A program made the translations under genes and the position numbers. A stretch of DNA of 64,000 nucleotides. It comes from Torpedo marmorata. Taxonomy: Eukaryota. Positions within the stretch are counted from its first letter, which is position 1; each line of letters starts with the position of its first letter. Positions 60,488 to 64,000 of the stretch are shown piece after piece. Below the pieces are notes generated by a model. That model did not search any database. It was not told the DNA's origin and saw only the letters and a list, made by a program, of their open reading frames with translations. The DNA lies in the NCBI GenBank assembly GCA_977017645.1, contig OZ360238.1, forward strand, positions 67,332,001 through 67,396,000, written 5' to 3'.

Positions 60488-61454
60488 TCCACACCACCCA
60501 GCACGCGCTCTGTTTTCGCTGTTACTATCAGGAAAGAGGTATAGGTGCCACAAGACTCACACCACCAGGTTCAGGAACAGCTGCTACCCCTCCACCATCA
60601 GACTCCTCAAAAACAGGTTTGGTATGACATCAGAAACCCTGGCAAATTTCTACAGATGTGTGATGGAAAGTTGCTGACCGGCTGCATCACAGTCTGGTAT
60701 GGGGACACCAATACCCCTGAGCATAAAGCCCTGCAAAAGGTAGTGGACACAGCCCAGGACATCACAGGTAAAACCCTCCCCACCATTGAGAACATCTACA
60801 GGGAACACTGCTGTCAGAGAACAGCAGCAATCATCAAAGATCCACATCACCCAGCACACGCTCTGTTCTCGCTGCTACCATCACGAAAGAGGTATAGGTG
60901 CCACAAGACTCACACCACCAGGTTCAGGAACAGCTGCTACCCCTCCACCATCAGACTCCTCAACAACAAATTCAATCAGGGACTTATTTAAGGACTCTTA
61001 CTTATGCACTTTATTGATTTTTTTTCTCTCACTCTGTATTGCAGTCAATTTGTTTACATTTCTTTATTTGTTTACATGTGTACGTCAAGTCAGGTTTTTT
61101 TGCACTGCCAATAAGTGGTAATTCTGCCTCGCCCGCAGGAAAAAGAATCTCAGGGTTGTATTTGATGTCATATAAAGGTAAAGGAAAGGAGGAGTCCATT
61201 ATTGTCACGTAATACTACATTTTAGAATGTAACATACATGAAATTCTTTAATTTTTGTCTACCGTATGGCAGACAGAGGGTCATTACTTTGTCCAGCGCC
61301 CCTCACAGAAACCTACAGCACCTGTTGTTCCTTGGCGGTCTCCCCTCCAAGTACTGACCAGTCCTCTGCCTGCTTAGCTTCTGAGATCAGACAATCCCAA
61401 TCGTATTCAGGCTATTGGTGCTGTATGTACTCTGACAATAAATCTGAATCTGAA
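60488..61454 (+). mobile_element. Rex1/Babar-type LINE 3' fragment with internal duplication and a SINE in its tail
   Basis: HPAHALFSLL...TTRFRNSCYP segment present twice; tail split at about 61174-61421. Confidence 0.85.
61174..61425 (-). mobile_element. 5S rRNA-derived SINE (SINE3-like)
   Basis: Minus strand GTCTGATCTCAGAAGCTAAGCAGG...GGTCAGTACTTGGAGGGGAGACCGCC...GGTGCTGTAGGTTT is diverged 5S rRNA with boxes A and C, followed by body and Rex1-like tail. Confidence 0.85.
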
Positions 61455-61842
61455 CGGGAAGACATGTCGATAGTGCAGTTATATTGGTGTCTGCAAGATC
61501 TTGATGCAGCAACACTGATGTATTTATAAATTAGGATGGTGTAAAATTTCAAAGTGACCTTAGAGGAGGCATTTTCACCAACATGGTGAGTACTTTCCTC
61601 GACAAATGGTGGAGATCATCTATTGAGGAGATGCCATCAAAGAAGCTTAGACAATGAACATCCATACTCTGAGGAAGACTGCAAAACAGGCTTTACCTCT
61701 TCCTGTGCGCTGAAGGAAGCGGAGATGTCGTCTTTTCTCTTTGATTATGGAGTTTGGGTAACATCCCCGATTCAGCACTTAGCAACAAACAATGAGATGT
61801 GGCAACATTACCAACAATTTGGACTGTATCTGAGGTAAGAAA

Positions 61843-62100
61843 GGGGTGGCATGGTTGGCGTAACGGTTAGCGCAACGCCTTTACAGCACCAGCGATGGGG
61901 ACCTGGGTTCAAATCCCACGCTGTCTGTAAGGAGTTTGTACGTTCTCCCCATGTCTGCGTGGGTTTTCCCCGGGGGCTCCGGTTTCCTCCCACCATTCGA
62001 AACGTACTGGGGGTGTAGGTTAATTGGGTGTAAATTGGGCGGCATGGACCCATAGGCTGAAATGGTCTGCTGTATGTCTAAATTTATAAAATTTATAAAA
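61843..62100 (+). mobile_element. tRNA-derived SINE (HE1/V-SINE-like)
   Basis: Family head, core and tail. Confidence 0.85.
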
Positions 62101-62814
62101 GGTGACAGTGCCCATTATCCTGAGCTCCTGAAGTGAAAAGCAATCATATGAGGTTGCATTTGAAGTCATTGGAGGTGTCTGATCTTTTTGAAGACTGAAG
62201 GATACAGTTCAAATGCTGTTTTTGTTTTAACTAAAATTGTTTCAGGAGAAAGGTTTTGAAAGATCCAATTATTTTGAGTACATAAAAACTTTAATTATGA
62301 GGTTGAAAAATCAGAGGCAAATGATTTTGCTTATTGTTCTATTGTTAGTATCATTTAGAAGAGTTTATGGAGGACAAACAGTGTTAGAGAGAAAAAAACC
62401 CTGCTGAAAAATAAGAAGACAAATTGATAATGGCCATGAGACACCCAGATACGTAAACAAAGTTCCACTTCTCTAGATTAACCAGTTTTCAAAGGCATAC
62501 CCTATTTTTGCAGTTGCATGAATGTTAACCTACACCTGAATAGATACCTGGTGGCCAACCGAAGTGTATTAGCTGATCCAGTCGCATGCGTTTTATTATT
62601 ATGATAATTAATGTTGAGTTATTTTCATTCTTAATATTGAAGAGGGTTAATCAAGTATCTACCATGGGAAGAATGTGCTATTTAATTAAGTGTACTTTCG
62701 GTCAGTTCAAGATTGTTTAACGTGACAACATCCATTTCTAATTTTAGTAACTTTAATAAAGCGTGAGATTCAAATAATCTGATCTGCATAATTTACGTTG
62801 TCTATTCTTCCTCA

Positions 62815-63745
62815 CCTTCAGACCACAATCAGTGAAGATTGGCAAGAACTTCTCCTCCACAATCTCCATCAGTACCGGAGCATCACAGGGCTGTGTTCTT
62901 AGCCCCCTGCTCTACTCACTTTACACCTACGACTGTGTGGCTCGGTACGACAATAACACCATCTAAAAATTTGCCAACGATACCACGGTAGTGGGTTGTA
63001 TAAAGGAAAGTGATGAGTCAGCATACAGGATGGAGATTGAAAACTTGGCTGAATGGTGCAACAATAACAACCTTGCCCTCAATGTCACCAAAACTAAGGA
63101 GCTGATTGTTGACTTCAGGAAAGGAAAGCCAGAGGTATACAATCCAGTGATCATTGGGGGATCAGAGGTGGAGAGGGTGAGCAAATTTAAGTTATTGGGA
63201 GTCACTATCTCGGAGGAAATTTCCTGGTCCCAACACACCAATGGCATAGTGAAGAAAGCACGTCAGCACCTCTACTTCCTCAGCAGTCTGCGGAGTTTTG
63301 GTATGACATCAGAAACCCTGGCAAATTTCTACAGAGGTGTGGTGGAAAGTGTGCTGACTGGCTGCATCACAGTCTGGTATGGGGACACCAATACCCCTGA
63401 GCGTAAAGCCCTCCAAAAGGTAGTGGACACAGCCCAGGACATCACAGGCAAAACCCTCCCCACTATTGAGTACATCTACAGGGAACGCTGCCGTCAGAGA
63501 TCAGCAGCAATCATCAAAGACCCACACCACCCAGCACACGCTCTGTTCTTGCTGCTGCCATCAGGAAAGAGGTATAGGTGCCACAACACTCACACCACCA
63601 GGTTCAGGAACAGCTGCTACCCCTCTAACATCAGACTCCTCAACACTACTAATTAGTGGTAATTCTGCCGCACCTGCAGGAAAAAGGAATCTCAGTGTTG
63701 TATGTGATGCCATGTATGTACTCTGACAATAAATCTGAAATCTTA
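62815..63745 (+). mobile_element. Rex1/Babar-type LINE 3' third
   Basis: GASQGCVLSPLLYSLYTYDC, NVTKTKELIVDFRK, ORF 62991-63656, family tail. Confidence 0.9.
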
Positions 63746-64000
63746 ATCTTAAAAAAAATCCTTATTGGAGAAAGGCAAAGATTATTATCCAGTTATTGCA
63801 GTGCCTCTAGCTTTTGATGTTCTGTCTCATTTTGTTACTCTGCTTTACAGTCTCTGAATCAGAATGGTGTCACCTGCTGGCCGTGATTTAAGATAGGGTT
63901 ATCCTCACAGCAGTAAGATTCCAGACTTGTGAGTCTACCACCTGCTCATCAGACATTGCAGGACCAATTCATTGGTCAATGTTATGCCACACTGCAAAGT

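Noticed and set aside
61310-61425. Functional 5S rRNA gene
   Set aside because: Diverged, single copy, fused to a SINE body and tail

Overview
Vertebrate genomic DNA, very probably a cartilaginous fish (ray or shark), inferred from HE1/V-type tRNA SINEs, HER1/CR1, Rex1/Babar, L1/Tx1 and Penelope repeats. The window is dominated by transposable elements and I could not assemble an intact host gene. It holds a young BEL/Pao LTR element (3511-9501, -), a decayed Gypsy (17436-22123), an apparently intact single-ORF Gypsy (39143-43727), three L1 3' fragments, many LINE/SINE fragments and three non-autonomous DNA transposons. The main signal is repeated host-gene capture by unrelated elements within the first 17 kb. 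(1) The BEL element has RT-RNaseH-integrase replaced by an in-frame MIPOL1-like coiled coil. (2) A hAT element carries ELL-family exon 1 twice, as a foldback hairpin. (3) A hAT-Charlie element carries the promoter and exon 1 of MASTL/Greatwall plus an ERV-L-like gag. (4) A Tigger/pogo-like MITE carries an unidentified first exon with CHR-like promoter motifs. Also notable are a candidate self-priming Gypsy PBS and one SINE body found with either a 5S rRNA head or a whole tRNA-Thr head. Protein family calls come from recalled reference sequences, not database searches.
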